Assembly (NCBI RefSeq): GCF_018977255.1
Contig: NW_024704743.1
Coordinates: 102,178,001-102,242,000 of the forward strand
Reading direction: 5' to 3'
DNA from: Callorhinchus milii
Taxonomy: Eukaryota
DNA length: 64,000 bases
Below are positions 40,268-52,967 of this stretch, in pieces. Numbering within the stretch: the stretch's first letter is position 1; every line of letters starts with the position of its first letter. The notes under the pieces are model-generated. The model did no database searches. It was not told the origin of the DNA and saw nothing but the letters and a program-made list of their open reading frames with translations. The position numbers and the translations under genes were made by a program.

Positions 40268-41822
40268 CAACAACAACAATAAGATTACATTAGTATATCA
40301 CCTTTCACCTCGGGAGGACGTCCCAAGGTGCTGGACAGTGTATAGCATTTCAGACCCGAGCTAGGGTCACGGAGGGAGAAGAGAGGGGAGGGGAAGGGGG
40401 GTGACCGATGATATGGTCGAACAACAAAAACAACAAGATTCCATTTATAAAGCGCCTTTCACGTCAGGAGGACGTCCCAAGGCGCTGCACAGTTGGGTCA
40501 TGACCCGAGCAGGGGGGAAATGGTCAGGGTGAGGGGAGGGAAGGGAGGGAGCGAGGAGGGGGGAAATGGTCAGGGTAAGGGGAGGGAAGGGAGGGAGCGA
40601 GGAGGGGGAAGAGAGTCGAGAGGGGAGCTGAAGGCTCGGTCAAAGAGAAAGGTTTTGAGACCGGCCTTGAAGGAGGAAAGGGAGGAGGCAAGGCGAAGGC
40701 ACTGGGGGATAGAGTTCCAGAGCCGAGGGGCTGAGAGGCTGAAGGCCCGACCACCGATGGTAGGGCGATTGGGACGGGGGATGTGGAGCAGACGGGAGCC
40801 AGAGGAACGGAGGGTACGGGCAGGTAGGTAGGGGGATAGTAGGTCGGAGAGGTAGGAGGGAGCAAGGCCGTGAATGGCCTTGTAGGTGAGGATGAGGATC
40901 TTGAAATCAATCCTCTGGGGGATGGGGAGCCAGTGGAGGTGAGCGAGGGTGGGAATGATGTGGTCCCGAAGCCTGGTGCGGGACAGTACACGAGCTGCAG
41001 AGTTCTGAATGACCTGCAGCTTGTGGAGGGAGGTGGCAGGAAGGCCGGCGAGGAGAGAGTTCCCATAGTCCAGCCTTGAGGTGACAAAGGCGTGGACCAG
41101 AGTTTCAGCAGCGTGAGGGGTGAGGTAATGCCGTAGTCTGGCGATGTTCCGGAGGTGATGGAAGGCGGTGCCAGTTGTGGTGCGGATGTGAGGGAGAAAG
41201 GACAGCTCAGGGTCGAACAAAACGCCGAGGTTCCTGACTGGCTTTGCGAGGTGGAGAGTGCAGCCTTGGATGCTGATGGTGTCAGCGCCTGAGGTGCGGA
41301 GTCGCTGACGTGAGCCAATCAGGAGGGCCTCGGTTTTTCGCACGTTGAGCTGAAGAAAGTTGTCTCTCGTCCAGGACTCGATGTCGGACAGGCAGGCCGT
41401 CAGGACATCGGTGGTCGTGGAGTTGAGAGTAGAGGAGGAAAGGTAGAGTTGGGTGTCATCCGCATACATGTGGAAGTTAACTCCATGTCTGCGAAGAGGA
41501 GGGTCTTGAGGAGGAACGTGAAGGAGGCTAAGGAGGGAGTGAGGCTGAGTGAGGGGGTTTGCATAGTCGAGCCTGAAGGTGATGAAGGCATGAACAAGTG
41601 TTTCAGCGGCCTGAGGGATGATGTAGTGGTGGAGTAAGGCGATGTTATGGAGGTGAGGGAAGGCAGAGTGGGCCATGGCTTGAATGTAGGGGAGAAAAGA
41701 CAGTTGAGGGTCGAACAAGACACCTAGGTTCCTGACTGGCTGGTGAGTTGTATTATGCAATTATGGAGGTTGATGTTGCCAGAGCCTGAGATGCTGAGGC
41801 GCTGGCGCGAGCCAATCAGGAG
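40268..41822 (-). mobile_element. Older L2 copy (same subfamily as 42590-43648), internally deleted and split by a young L2
   Basis: 41496-41822 and 40268-40421 rejoin at ctcctcttcg^accat, matching 43490-43510. Confidence 0.85.
40422..41491 (-). mobile_element. Young 5'-truncated L2 LINE with intact ORF2 C-terminus
   Basis: HMYADDTQLY...LASSLSSFKAGLKTFLFDRAF open; duplicated 3' UTR unit; cgaa at both 40418-40421 and 41492-41495. Confidence 0.95.
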
Positions 41823-42491
41823 GTTCTAAATGAGACCTTACCATTGCCTGGAAGGGATTAAATAAATGGGACATTTTTCTCTGCACATGCAGGCTGACTT
41901 GTGCTTTAATTGGAGAAGAAATTCAGAATATGAATGATTGAAATTGATTTGCAATAAATATCATTTTTTGCAAGTATCAGAATTCTGGGCTAATTTAGAT
42001 AGGTAGCAAACTACAGGTAGATAGTTGCTCATTCCCACACAGTATAGAGCTCGGATGTGACTTTGGATTAGAATTGATTTACTTGGACAATTTCCTACAA
42101 TTTAATTATTGTCAAGATGGTAATAGTGGATAAAGGGTTTCCAACAAGTGGATGTTGATTCCAGCTTTTTTTTAAGGAGGAGGGAAATCCACCTCACATT
42201 CTGTGCCATACTATTCAGAAAATGACTTGAACAATTCTGGATTGATGACTTGCCAGTAAAATAATAAAACACACAAACAATTGAAGCCCCTATAGTATTA
42301 AATTTGTGTTAACAAACAGTCAGTGGCCGCCAACACAGAGCATGAGCAGCAACACCAACCACCTAAATATTGGGAAACACAGCAACCTCCACATAGAATT
42401 ACACAGATCTATACAGCATTGAAACAGGCCCTTTGGCCACACTAGTCCTGCCAGTGTAATCCCGTTTTAGCTCCCTCTACTCTTTTCTGCC

Positions 42492-43648
42492 TCATGTATA
42501 ACAACACCAACAACAAAATTACATTTGTACAGAGCCTTTAATGTCGGGAGGACATCCCAAGTATACATGAAACGTCCTTGATAAGGAAAGGCTCTGTCCT
42601 TGGCCCTCTCCTGTTTAATATCTACATACACCTTGGTGACATCATCCGCAGACATGGGGTCAACTTCCATATGTATGCGAATGACACCCAACTCTATCTT
42701 CCTGCTTCCACCCTCAACTCCAGGACTATTTCTATCATGACAGACTGCCTGTCAGACATCAAGTCATGGATGAGATCAAATTTCCTAGAGTTGAAAGTGA
42801 ACAAGACTGAGGCTCTCCTGATTGGCTCGCGCCAGCGCCTCAGCACCTCAGGCTCTGGCAAAAACAACCTCCATGATTGCACACTACAACTCACCAAGCC
42901 AGTCAGGACCCTAGGTGTTCTGTTCGACCCTCAACTGTCTTTTCTTCCCCACATCCAAGCCATGACTCGCTCTGCCTTCCCTCACCTCCGTAACATCGCC
43001 CGACTCCGCCACTACCTCACCCCTCAGGCCACTGAAACTCTTGTTCATGCCTTCATCACCTCCAGGCTCGACTATGCAAATGCCCTGCTTGTCAGCCTTC
43101 CCAACGCCTCCCTCCACAGGCTGCAGATAATCCAGAACTCTGCAGCCCGTGTCCTCTCCCGCACCAAACTCTGTGACCCCATCTCCCCCACTCTCGTCCG
43201 ACTCCATTGACTCCTTATCCTTCAGAGGATCCAGTTCAAGATCCTGGTCCTCACATACAGAGCCCTCCATGGCCTCGCCCCACCCTTCCTCTGCGACCTC
43301 CTAACCCCCTACCAACCCGCCCGCTCTCTCCACTCAGCCGGCTCTGACCTGCTCCACGTCCCCCGACCCACCCGACCTACTATTGGCGGGAGAGCCTTCA
43401 GCCACTTTGCCCCCAATCTCTGGAATTCCATTCCCCAGTCACTCAGTCTCGCGCCCTCCTTAGCCTCCTTCAAGTCCCGCCTCAAGACTCTCCTCTTCGA
43501 CCATGCCATCGGCCACCTCCCTTCCCCTCCCCTTCCTTACCGCCCCAACCCCAGCTCGGGTCTGAAATGCTGTACTCTGTCCAGCACCTTGGAACTTCCT
43601 CCTGACGTGAAAGGCACTATACAAATGTAATCTTGTTTTTGTTGTTGT
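42492..43648 (+). mobile_element. L2 copy with the same chimeric 5' head as 5163-6070
   Basis: 210-aa [12 protein letters not shown]...SRLDYAN; stem-loop and (TTG)n-like tail. Confidence 0.9.
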
Positions 43649-44649
43649 CAAATGTTTCCATCCCACACCAGCTCTCATGTTGGAAGGTGACAGCTAGATG
43701 GAAGTGGCTCTTTTTTCCTTTCCATGATGTATTTTGTACATTTGTGTCTCCAAAGACCAAATTGATTGAAGCACCTGACCTTTCTGTGAATTGCCCAATG
43801 AATTCTTCAGGAATTGAGCAGAGGATAGAGGTGTTTCAACAAGATACCAGGAATTCCAAAGTAAGACAAGACAGCTTACTTGATACTCAACCTGACACTG
43901 TGAAAAGAGCAGCACAATAGGAATAATAATATTGAACAAACCTATCACAGCTGTGATATAGTACTGTGGATCATACTTGACTCAAGGCATTTTCCCTCCC
44001 CCTTAAAAAAAGCACCATTTGGAAGATTTGTTCACATTGTTTCATTTTCAGCCAATTTACTTTACAGTACTGTATATTCTGTGAAGCGCTTTGAGATGTG
44101 TAGAAGATGTGATAAAGCGCAAGGTTAATTATTATTTTCAATAAATTGACCAAGTTCACCTACTTCCACGTGCATTCAGATAGATGCCGTAACTAACTAG
44201 TATTTCAGGAGTTATTCATATTGTGGATTTTGGCTCTCCGCTTGTAGGAACACCCATCTAGATACTTTTAGGATAGCGATGGATTTCCGCTTGTAACAGA
44301 AACCCAGGAGACTAAAAAAAGACAGAATTCTCACTGGCTCAAAGAGTTGTGGTTGATTGTTAAATTCAATTTAAAGCTGGGACGTAAGCAGATCCAGAAA
44401 CATTTGAGAAAATTACTACAGTGAACTATTCTTTAAGGATAAATCAATATCTCCACATTCTGTAAAAATAGGACTTTGAGGTTTTCAGTCAGTCAGTGAG
44501 GAAAATCTATTTTGTACCTAAACAAGTATTTAACGATTACTTATTCATTATGTCTATATAAAACACCCACCTACATGGGAACAGTGATAACTATATCTTG
44601 TGACTGATGAACTCCACAGAACTTTGTAAGCCAAGTGCCAGGCCTTCTA

Positions 44650-45506
44650 CATCACCCATTTTGGTAGAAGGAATAAGGAATTCACATACATCCTGGAAAA
44701 TAAAAACCTAAATGGGGTAGAGGAGCAAAGGGATCTAAGGGGTACACATACACAATTCACTAAAAGTAGCAACGCAGGTTAATAAGGCCATAAAAAAAGG
44801 CAAACCAGGCATTGTGGTTCATTTCTAGAGGGATAGAAATGAAAAGCAGGAAAGTTATGGTAAACTTCTATAGAATCTTGGTTAGACCACACTTAGAATA
44901 CTGTGTACTGTTCTGGTCCCCACATTGTAAATGGGATGTAGAGGCACTGGAGAGAGTGCAAAGGAGATTCACAAGGATGATCCAAGACCTGAGAGTTATA
45001 CCTATCAGGAAATGCTGAACATGCTTGATCTCTTTTTTCTTGAAAAAAGGAGGATAAGGGGTGACCTTATATAGGTCTTTAAAATTATGAAAGGTTTTGA
45101 TAGGGTAGACATAGGGAAGATGTTTCCACTTGTGCGGAAGACCAACACCAGGGGCCATCAATATAAAATAGTCACAAGGAGATCAAATAGGGAAGATAGA
45201 ATAAATTTCTTCACACAGAGAGCAGTGGGAATGTGGAATATGCTACCACTAGGAGTTGTTGAGGCAAATAGCATAGATGTATTTAAGAGGAAAAAAAGAC
45301 ACAAAATACACACACACAAAGTCACTGAGTGTTCCCAGCGACTTCTGTTTTTGGATTTAACGGGAAGCTAAATAAGTACATGAGGGAGAAAGGAATAGAA
45401 GGTTATGCTTGAAGATTTAGTTGAGGAAGGGCAGGAGGAGGCTTATGTGGAACATAAACCAGTTGGGCCAAATGGCCTGTTTCTGTGCTGTATATTCTAA
45501 TGTAAT
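44650..45506 (+). mobile_element. CR1 3' fragment with an internal ~65-bp insertion
   Basis: LVRPHLEYCVLFWSPH...ERVQRRFT, NFFTQRAVGMWN; tail ggcctgtttctgtgctgtatattcta. Confidence 0.9.
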
Positions 45507-45660
45507 CTCTCCACCCTGACTCATACATGGCGGCCACTCCTACATTCAATTGCTCCTGTTTCTCTTTCCTCCCTCTCAACCATCATCACCAGTATGAAGC
45601 CCACCATCTTCCACCTTCATCCCCTCCCCACCCAGCTGGTGTTCACCCAACTTCCACTTA

Positions 45661-46035
45661 TAAGAACATAGGAACGTAGGAATTAAGAGCAGGAGTAGGT
45701 CATTCGACCCCTCGAGCCTGCCCCGCCATTCAATAAAATCATGGCTGATCTTTTAACCTAACTCCATCTGCCCGCCCTATCCCCATATCCTTTAATCCCT
45801 CTATCCTTTAGAAATCTATCAGTCTCAGTCTTGAATATGTTCAAGGACTGAGCATGTATAGCCTTCTGGGGTAGAGAATTCCATAAATTCACTACCCTCT
45901 GAGTGAAGAAGTGTTTCTTCAACTCTGTTCAAAAGGTTTGTCCCTTAGCCTTAAGACTATTCTTGTGTTCTAGATTTTCATACCAGGGGAAACAGTCTCA
46001 CACTGTCTACTCTGTCAAGCCCCATAAGAATCTTA
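45661..46035 (-). mobile_element. CR1 3' end (HER1-like tail type)
   Basis: aagagcaggagtaggtcattcgacccctcgagcctgccccgccattcaataaaatcatggctgatc and ggtagagaattcca; family assignment from recalled shark CR1 tails. Confidence 0.8.
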
Positions 46036-46084
46036 TATGTTTCTATAAGATCACCCCTACACCAAATACAAGGATTATTATTAA

Positions 46085-46353
46085 ACCAAGATCCCATCTA
46101 TCTGTTCAGGTGGATGTTAAATATCTCAGTGCACTACTCGAAAAGTCTTATGTACTGGACAACTATCCTCCAGATAAAATTGGTCATTCTTTTCACTGCC
46201 ATTTGTGGGACATGTCTGCATAAGTTAGCTGCAGCATTTGCTTACAAAATACATACGCAATACATTTCATAGTAAAACCCTGTGAAGTGCTTTGAGATAT
46301 CTCAATGATGAAATAAGATTCTATATCAAATGTAAGGTTTATTGTTATTATTA
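46085..46353 (+). mobile_element. DeuSINE-like 3' two-thirds
   Basis: ctgttcaggtggatgttaaa, atttgtgggaca core, ctatatcaaatgtaagg(tta)n. Confidence 0.75.
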
Positions 46354-47288
46354 TAACCAGTGATGTGTTGAAGGAATTTTGGGGGGAAGTTCAGTCGCAT
46401 GGCTGGATGAGCCAATAATCTATTCATTCAAACTTACTGTGCAATGTAAAATGCAATGTGATATGAGATTCACCACACCGTCACATTTACTTTACCCCAA
46501 GTTGCTATGATTTCTCAGTGGAAAACCCATTAGAAGTGAGTAACTAAAAAAAACACAAGCATGAGCAAACAGAATTGACTCAGTTCATTTTTATTCATTA
46601 CATGACAAAATGTCATATAATGATAAAATATGACAAATATAAATAAAGTCAGTCATGATCAATTAGCCCAACTTCAAAGCATCACTTTATTTTGTCTCAA
46701 ATATTCGTATGCAATGAGTAAATTTAAAACAAAATGGCAACAGATTTCCCAAAAGTGTAGAAAACAGGAAGAATGTACAAATCCTTTTTGAGTTAGGAGT
46801 GAAGCAAAATAAAAGTGTCACTGTTTATACAAAGATGCCACGAGATATATATCAGGACAACTTATGGAGTTGGCCAGTAATAAATAAAAGTTAAATTAAC
46901 TGGCAATGAGTCATTCAGAGATGACATTTTGAAGCTGAATAATGTAAAACTCAAGGGGCTGGAATGTATTACCTGTGTGACACAGATAAATAACCACAGA
47001 GTGAGATGCTAATATTATTCCGTGACATGCAATCAAAGCTGCGCATTTTCACACCTCTATTAGCAGCTGCACAAGAGTTTATGAAGAAGGTAGAGTGGAC
47101 ACGGACATTTGTTAATGTGTTGAAATATGTGCAACCGCTGGAATTTAATATACATTATAATGAATTTTTATTTCCTTGTTTAAAAATAAAGTTGTCTATG
47201 ATGATACACCTGGAATACCAGATGATACTATCTCCTTTGCATTTTTATGGGAAACAAAAATGGAATAATGATGATCTTTGCATTTGAT

Positions 47289-47915
47289 AACAACGACAAC
47301 GACAACAACTTGCATTTATATTGGAGCTTTCACGTGGGGTAGCGTTCTGGAACACTTGAGAGTGGCATCAAGCCAGGGGGAGAGGGAGCAGGGAGGTGAA
47401 TGTAAGCACGATCAAAAAGGAAGGTGTTTAGGCGCGATTTGAAAGTGGGGAGGGAGGGGGCATGGTGGAAGAATTGAGCGAGAGAATTCCAGAGTTTCGG
47501 GGCATATTTGCTGAAGGCAAAACCACCAATAGTGGAGCAGAGGGGACGAGGGATGAACTGGAGGCTGGAGCCAGCCGAGTAGAGGCAGCGGATTGGGGAG
47601 TGGGGGTTAAGCAGATCAGATAGATATGGAGTTGCGAGGGCATGAAGGGATTTGAAAACGGCTGAGAGGATCTTGAAATCGATCCGTATGGTAATTGAGA
47701 GTCAATGGAGCCTGGCCAGGACTGGTGTGATGGTGGTACGGAGGTTTGTGCTGGTAAGTATCCGGGCAGTGGAGTTTTGAACTAATTGAATTTTGTGTAT
47801 GGTGGAGTTAGGGAGACCAGTGAGGAGGGCATTGGAATATTACAGCCTGGAAGTGACAAAGGCGTAGACGAGGGTTTCGGTTGCTTTGATTGTGAGGTAC
47901 AGATGGAGGCGGGCA
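47289..47915 (-). mobile_element. Old L2 fragment
   Basis: (CAA)n tail with cttgcatttata; gaggatcttgaaatcgatc (RIDFKIL in reverse); cagcctggaagtgacaaaggcgt. Confidence 0.8.
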
Positions 47916-48347
47916 ATGATATAGCACCTTTCATGTGGGAGAAATCTCAAAGTGCTTTACAGGACTTACTGTAAAGTGTAATGACCGTAATTCATAGGCG
48001 AAATTCACACTTGATGAAGGATTTAAAAAAATTTAAACTTCCTCTCCAGCTTTTTTCTTCTTTCTGAAAATACTTACACTTGCCTGGGGTATCATTACAT
48101 GGGTGACCACTGCCCTTTGTTACATTGCCTATTCATCAATTGTGACTATAGTATCGTGAGTGCCAGCAGAAACATTGGTACATGGAAGGCATCACAACCG
48201 AGTCTGATCTTCTCTTTACCCAACGTCCAGAAGTAGGAACTTTGCAGCAAAGCTCATTGTCTAACTTTCCACTTCACTCTGAGGGTGCTTAAACTTATTG
48301 TGGTTTTCCAGATAGCCATACCATCTGAGATCAGCAGAACTTTGTGT

Positions 48348-48667
48348 GGAATCCTGTAGATTAGTGGTTAGAGCACTCGCCTCGCAAGCAAGGGATCTGG
48401 GTTCGATTCCCGGCAGGGCGAAAACTTGGCCAAGTTTCCTTACTCCATATGCCTGATAATAATCCCTCAAGAAAAAACAATAATAAATTGGTCACTTCAA
48501 TCCACGACTGTTTGTGGGACACTGCTGTTTGCAATTGGCTGCCATGTTTTGCCCACAAATATACAGTCAATTCACTTTACACTATATTCTGTGAAGTGCT
48601 TTGAGACATCTAGAAGACATGAAAAGCGCTATATCAAATGCAAGGATTATTATCTATTATTATTATA
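48348..48667 (+). mobile_element. Full-length tRNA-headed SINE, second head type, short form
   Basis: Head tcctgtagattagtggttagagcactcgcctcgcaagc...ggttcgattcccggcagggcga, Deu-like core, L2-type stem-loop, (ATT)n. Confidence 0.9.
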
Positions 48668-51611
48668 ACATAGGAACAAGAGGAGAATGTTCAACCCAGA
48701 TAGATATTTTCAGCCCATTTCGTTGCCTCTTTTTTTTTGTATCCTTCAATTTTCTGAGCATTTATCTATCACTCATTTATGCCATCTTATTTCCCACCAG
48801 AATTAAATAATCAGCTGCGACTACAAAGTTAACAGAATAAATCATATGATCTTGCATTCATAACTGGCCTGAAACTTAACATTAGTGGTTGTTTCCAGCA
48901 TAGCCATCCTATTAAAGGATCTACAAAACACACTACAATTACACAATCTTTGAGTTCCTTCGCTTGGGTTGGAGCTGAAGGGAAAATCAACAATCTCAGA
49001 AATAATCTTTGCTGTGCAATAAAGAGTAGAAAAATTACTGAGATAGCCATCTGCTCTGCAAGCATCAAGTTTGAGATTACAAACAAAATAAAGTATGTTC
49101 TGTAAGAAGTAGCTGGAGGAGATATAAACTAACTGCAGAATAATGAGACATGGCTTGATTAATTTTACAGAAAATGGATACTCAATGTTACCCCGTAACA
49201 ATGTATTAGCTGTTCCAAAAAAAATGGAGCCAAAGGAAAGAAATAATTAACATTTCTCAAATGTACCTATCGGCAGCAAGCATTTCACCAAAAATGTCTT
49301 CTTACTGGATGATATAATGAAGCTTGCTTGGAAGAGTTCCAAGTGATCATGCCTCAATATAAGGCTTTCCTTAGCAACCACAGAAAGGCTAAATGTTAAT
49401 TTGTATTAAATGCATTTGCAGCAGCAAAACTGCAAGCGATAATTTCACCAATTGCAAATTCCAATGTTTATAATTTAATGGGTTGTAGAAGACTAAATGA
49501 ACATGTGCAGTATCTAAGCAGATGCATATATAATCACTTCTTCATGTTGCACCAGCAGCGAACACTGTGGCCGTGATAATGCCCCTTATTTTATTCATTT
49601 CACTCAGAGGCGAGAATACTACCGAGCTAAGCTGACCCGTGAACACGTGAAATATTGCTGAGACTGAACTCTTGTGTAAGTGGAACGCTAGTTGAGCCTA
49701 AGCTGAAGATAGGGTGGTGTATAAAATAGCCTCTAGCACATTTACTAACCCATTTTTGAGTGTATGTATCCATTTCTGCAGCAAATCTCATCCATTTCAA
49801 GGAAGCAATCATTAATTATAGATTCCCTGTCATGGCTGACAAGGGCTTGATCTACGGTCTGTGTGAGCAGCTTTTATAGCCATACATGTTTTCAATATTA
49901 TTGCACACAGTTCTGTGCATTGTGAAGTTTTCTGTTTATTGTCTGATTGATAGCTTTGGTAATTAACTTTTACAAAGTTAGAAGTAATGGTGCCAGATTC
50001 AATATTTTTAAATGATGTTGGAGCATCAGACAAGCATTTGAAATCCTCCTGGTAAAGTTGCTAAAATTCCATATTTAACACAGAAGAGTGCATAGAGCTT
50101 CCTGTGCACCTCCTGTAAATCATATTCCATCATGTTTCTGGTCTTTGATCAGCAAGCAAAATGTTGAGAGAACAATGGTATACATTTCCTGGATCCAGGA
50201 TAAAATGTATTCCACCCAATACATTTGTAATTTTAGTTCTGATATTAAACTTGGTCACAATCATTCATGGAGCTTCCTGCCTGATCAATACAATGTCACC
50301 TAGTCTTAATCAGTTAAGACCATTTCATATAATCATATAGATTGTTACAGGACGCAAAACAGATCATTCAGCCCAACTAGCCCATGCCAATGTTTGTACT
50401 CCACATGAGCCTGATGATCCCCTTTCTAATTGCCCTATATTCTCTTTTCCCTCAGGTATGTCTGTATTTTATGCAGGCTTCCCTTCTTTATTTTGATTTA
50501 AACTAATCTGGTTGCTAAGGCAGTAGTGCAATGCTAGTTAAATTCTGTGTGTGTTCAACTGAGCAAGTCTGTAATTGCCTGCATTGTGGAAAGTTCTTAA
50601 ATTCAATTTTTATTTGTAAGTCAATAACATTTTCGGACTGCAGAGAGCAGGGCTCCAAACTGAAACTAAATGGAATCGAATTTTAAATTTAATTTTTCTC
50701 AACTTTGTGCGATCTTAAATTTTAAAACTAAAATGGACTAAAGGCTAGATGAAAGAAAGAATATCTTTCTGCTCGGGTGGACGGACATTTCTCCATTACA
50801 GCGGCATAGTCTGTGTACAAGTATAGAGTTGTGAATAGTGTGTGAGTAGTTTAAATCAGTATGAAATTGCCCTGTGAAGTCCTTTGTTAGTCCACATAGG
50901 AAAGAAACTTCAGCAGGCGATCACTTCGGACACATTATCTTCTTGTTTGTTTGATAGTCTTTTCAAATTATGACTGAAGATATCTTGTGGATTTTTTCCT
51001 TCTTCCTGTAACAATGCCATAATGTATTCCAGCACAGCTTTCACAGGGCTGGGAGAAGGCACATCTCCTGACACCCACAGTGCATCTGCCGCTTCCTAAA
51101 ATGCCTGCCCAACCTGACTGGCAACGACAACAATTAATTTACATTTATATAACGCCTTTCACATCTCTGGCACTGGTGAAGGAGGGCACCTGCCACTGCT
51201 CATACAGAGAATTGAGCTGCTTGATGGAATAGTTGATGGCAAATGACTGTTAGAGAGAACAAAGCTGTTCCAACCATCATCTGCCGCCTGAGGATTGTCA
51301 TGCCTGCAGGAATGGCCAAAGTAAGTGGTTTCCTGGGGAAAGGTGCCATTTCCAGCAGCAATAGCTTGATCAGACAGCAGATGTTGGAGTATATTCAAGC
51401 TCATTCCACAGATCCAACACATCACCTGTCAGCTCATGAACCTATGTACTCCATCATAGCTTCCACTGGGCTGGGAGGAGGGATATGTGTGATTCTGTTA
51501 ATGCTGACAAAAGGGACAGACTTCATAGAGTAAAGTTACATTAGGACAGAAGTAAGCAGATAAAGCAGATTAATAAAGGTTTTGACAGGACAAATACATA
51601 CTTATTTTGCC

Positions 51612-51724
51612 ACTTACTGCTAGGTAAATAGAGGCGAGTGGAGTAAGGAAACTTGCCCAACATTTCGCCCTGCCGGGAATCAAACCCACTTGCGAAGCGA
51701 GTGCTCTAACCACTACGTTACAGA
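51612..51724 (-). mobile_element. Head-only fragment of the long-form SINE
   Basis: Matches 61088-61203 (tgctaggtaaa...ggagtaaggaaactt...ttcgccctgccgggaat). Confidence 0.8.
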
Positions 51725-52967
51725 AGTAAGAGTGCTTTTACTTCATAAGAATGCTCACGCAAGTCATGTATATTCATGTATGTTATATGAAATTTCCACG
51801 AGTTTTATTTTACTGAACGTAAACAAGTGACTGTTATTGCAGTGACTTTCTGACTTCCATGCTTGCCCTTTAAGAAATTGAATGCCAGGTGCATAATAAA
51901 TGTTTTGCATCATTTTGCCTATTCTCACTGATATGACATGGAGTTTTGATACGATTTGATTGATACCTTATGTAACTTTGCGCTAGAAGAAGGGTCATAT
52001 TATTTTCAGTGCCAATAGAAAATTATCATGGAAACCCCATAGCTTTGTGGCACCATCTGAATATTTTAAGTAGCTAAAATAATGTTGTTCTGCTGACCTG
52101 CACCTAAAAAATTGCATATTAACCAGAATTTATGCTGAGAACATGTTAGATTCTGATGAACACATCAGCAACTTCAGCCATTTTGTCATTCCGCACCAAG
52201 CTTGTGGTTACGAAAAATAACCCAGGGGAAATAAATGCAGCTTACATTTCATGAAGTGCCTCCAGCACAAGATAATTACTTTTGTGTTAAAAACGCTGGC
52301 CCTCAAAATCAATTTATCCTCTGAGGAAAGGGTTTACAAAATTGAGTGAGGTGGAGGTGTAGAGGCAGGGAGTTTCAAAGATTAGGGGAGCTAGTGACTG
52401 AAGGCTCGGCCGCTGATGGAAGAGCATGGGGAGGTGAATGGGAAATGCAGCAGGCTCGAGTAGCTGAGCAGAGAGGCAAACAGCAGAGTGGGGTAGGAGG
52501 CGATATGCCACCTCTGGAGACAATTGTAGATTGACAAAGCTGACATTTTACAGGTTACAGGAGTTTCCCACAGACCAAAATCCAATCTTTAAATCATGTG
52601 TGGTCAAAACAATTGTTGACATTCCTGTGTTTATTTAGTCATCAGTAATAGCAAAGAAAAAGATTGGGTTTTCTAATGTAGTGTTTCTACATGATGAAGG
52701 GTCCTGTTGGTTCTGGGATAAACAAGTCAAGTGAATACTTGACTTACAGAGCATTATCGAAAAAAGCAGTATTGCTCAAGATTTACACTTGCGTCATTTT
52801 TATTGATTGGGCTGACGTGCTCTTTCCAGATACTTAGATTTAATAAGCAAATGTCGTGTGACTTGCACAGGGAGTTAAGAGAGAACTAGGAATGTCATCT
52901 CATATCAATTTTCACTGTCAGTATCAGTGAAGGTGACAGTAAAGCTTACTTTCTATGCTATCAGCAG

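Noticed and set aside
48348..48421. tRNA gene (Ala-like anticodon loop) here and at 19121, 51724, 61206
   Set aside because: Stems are imperfect, copies are diverged and the sequence continues into SINE body; these are SINE heads
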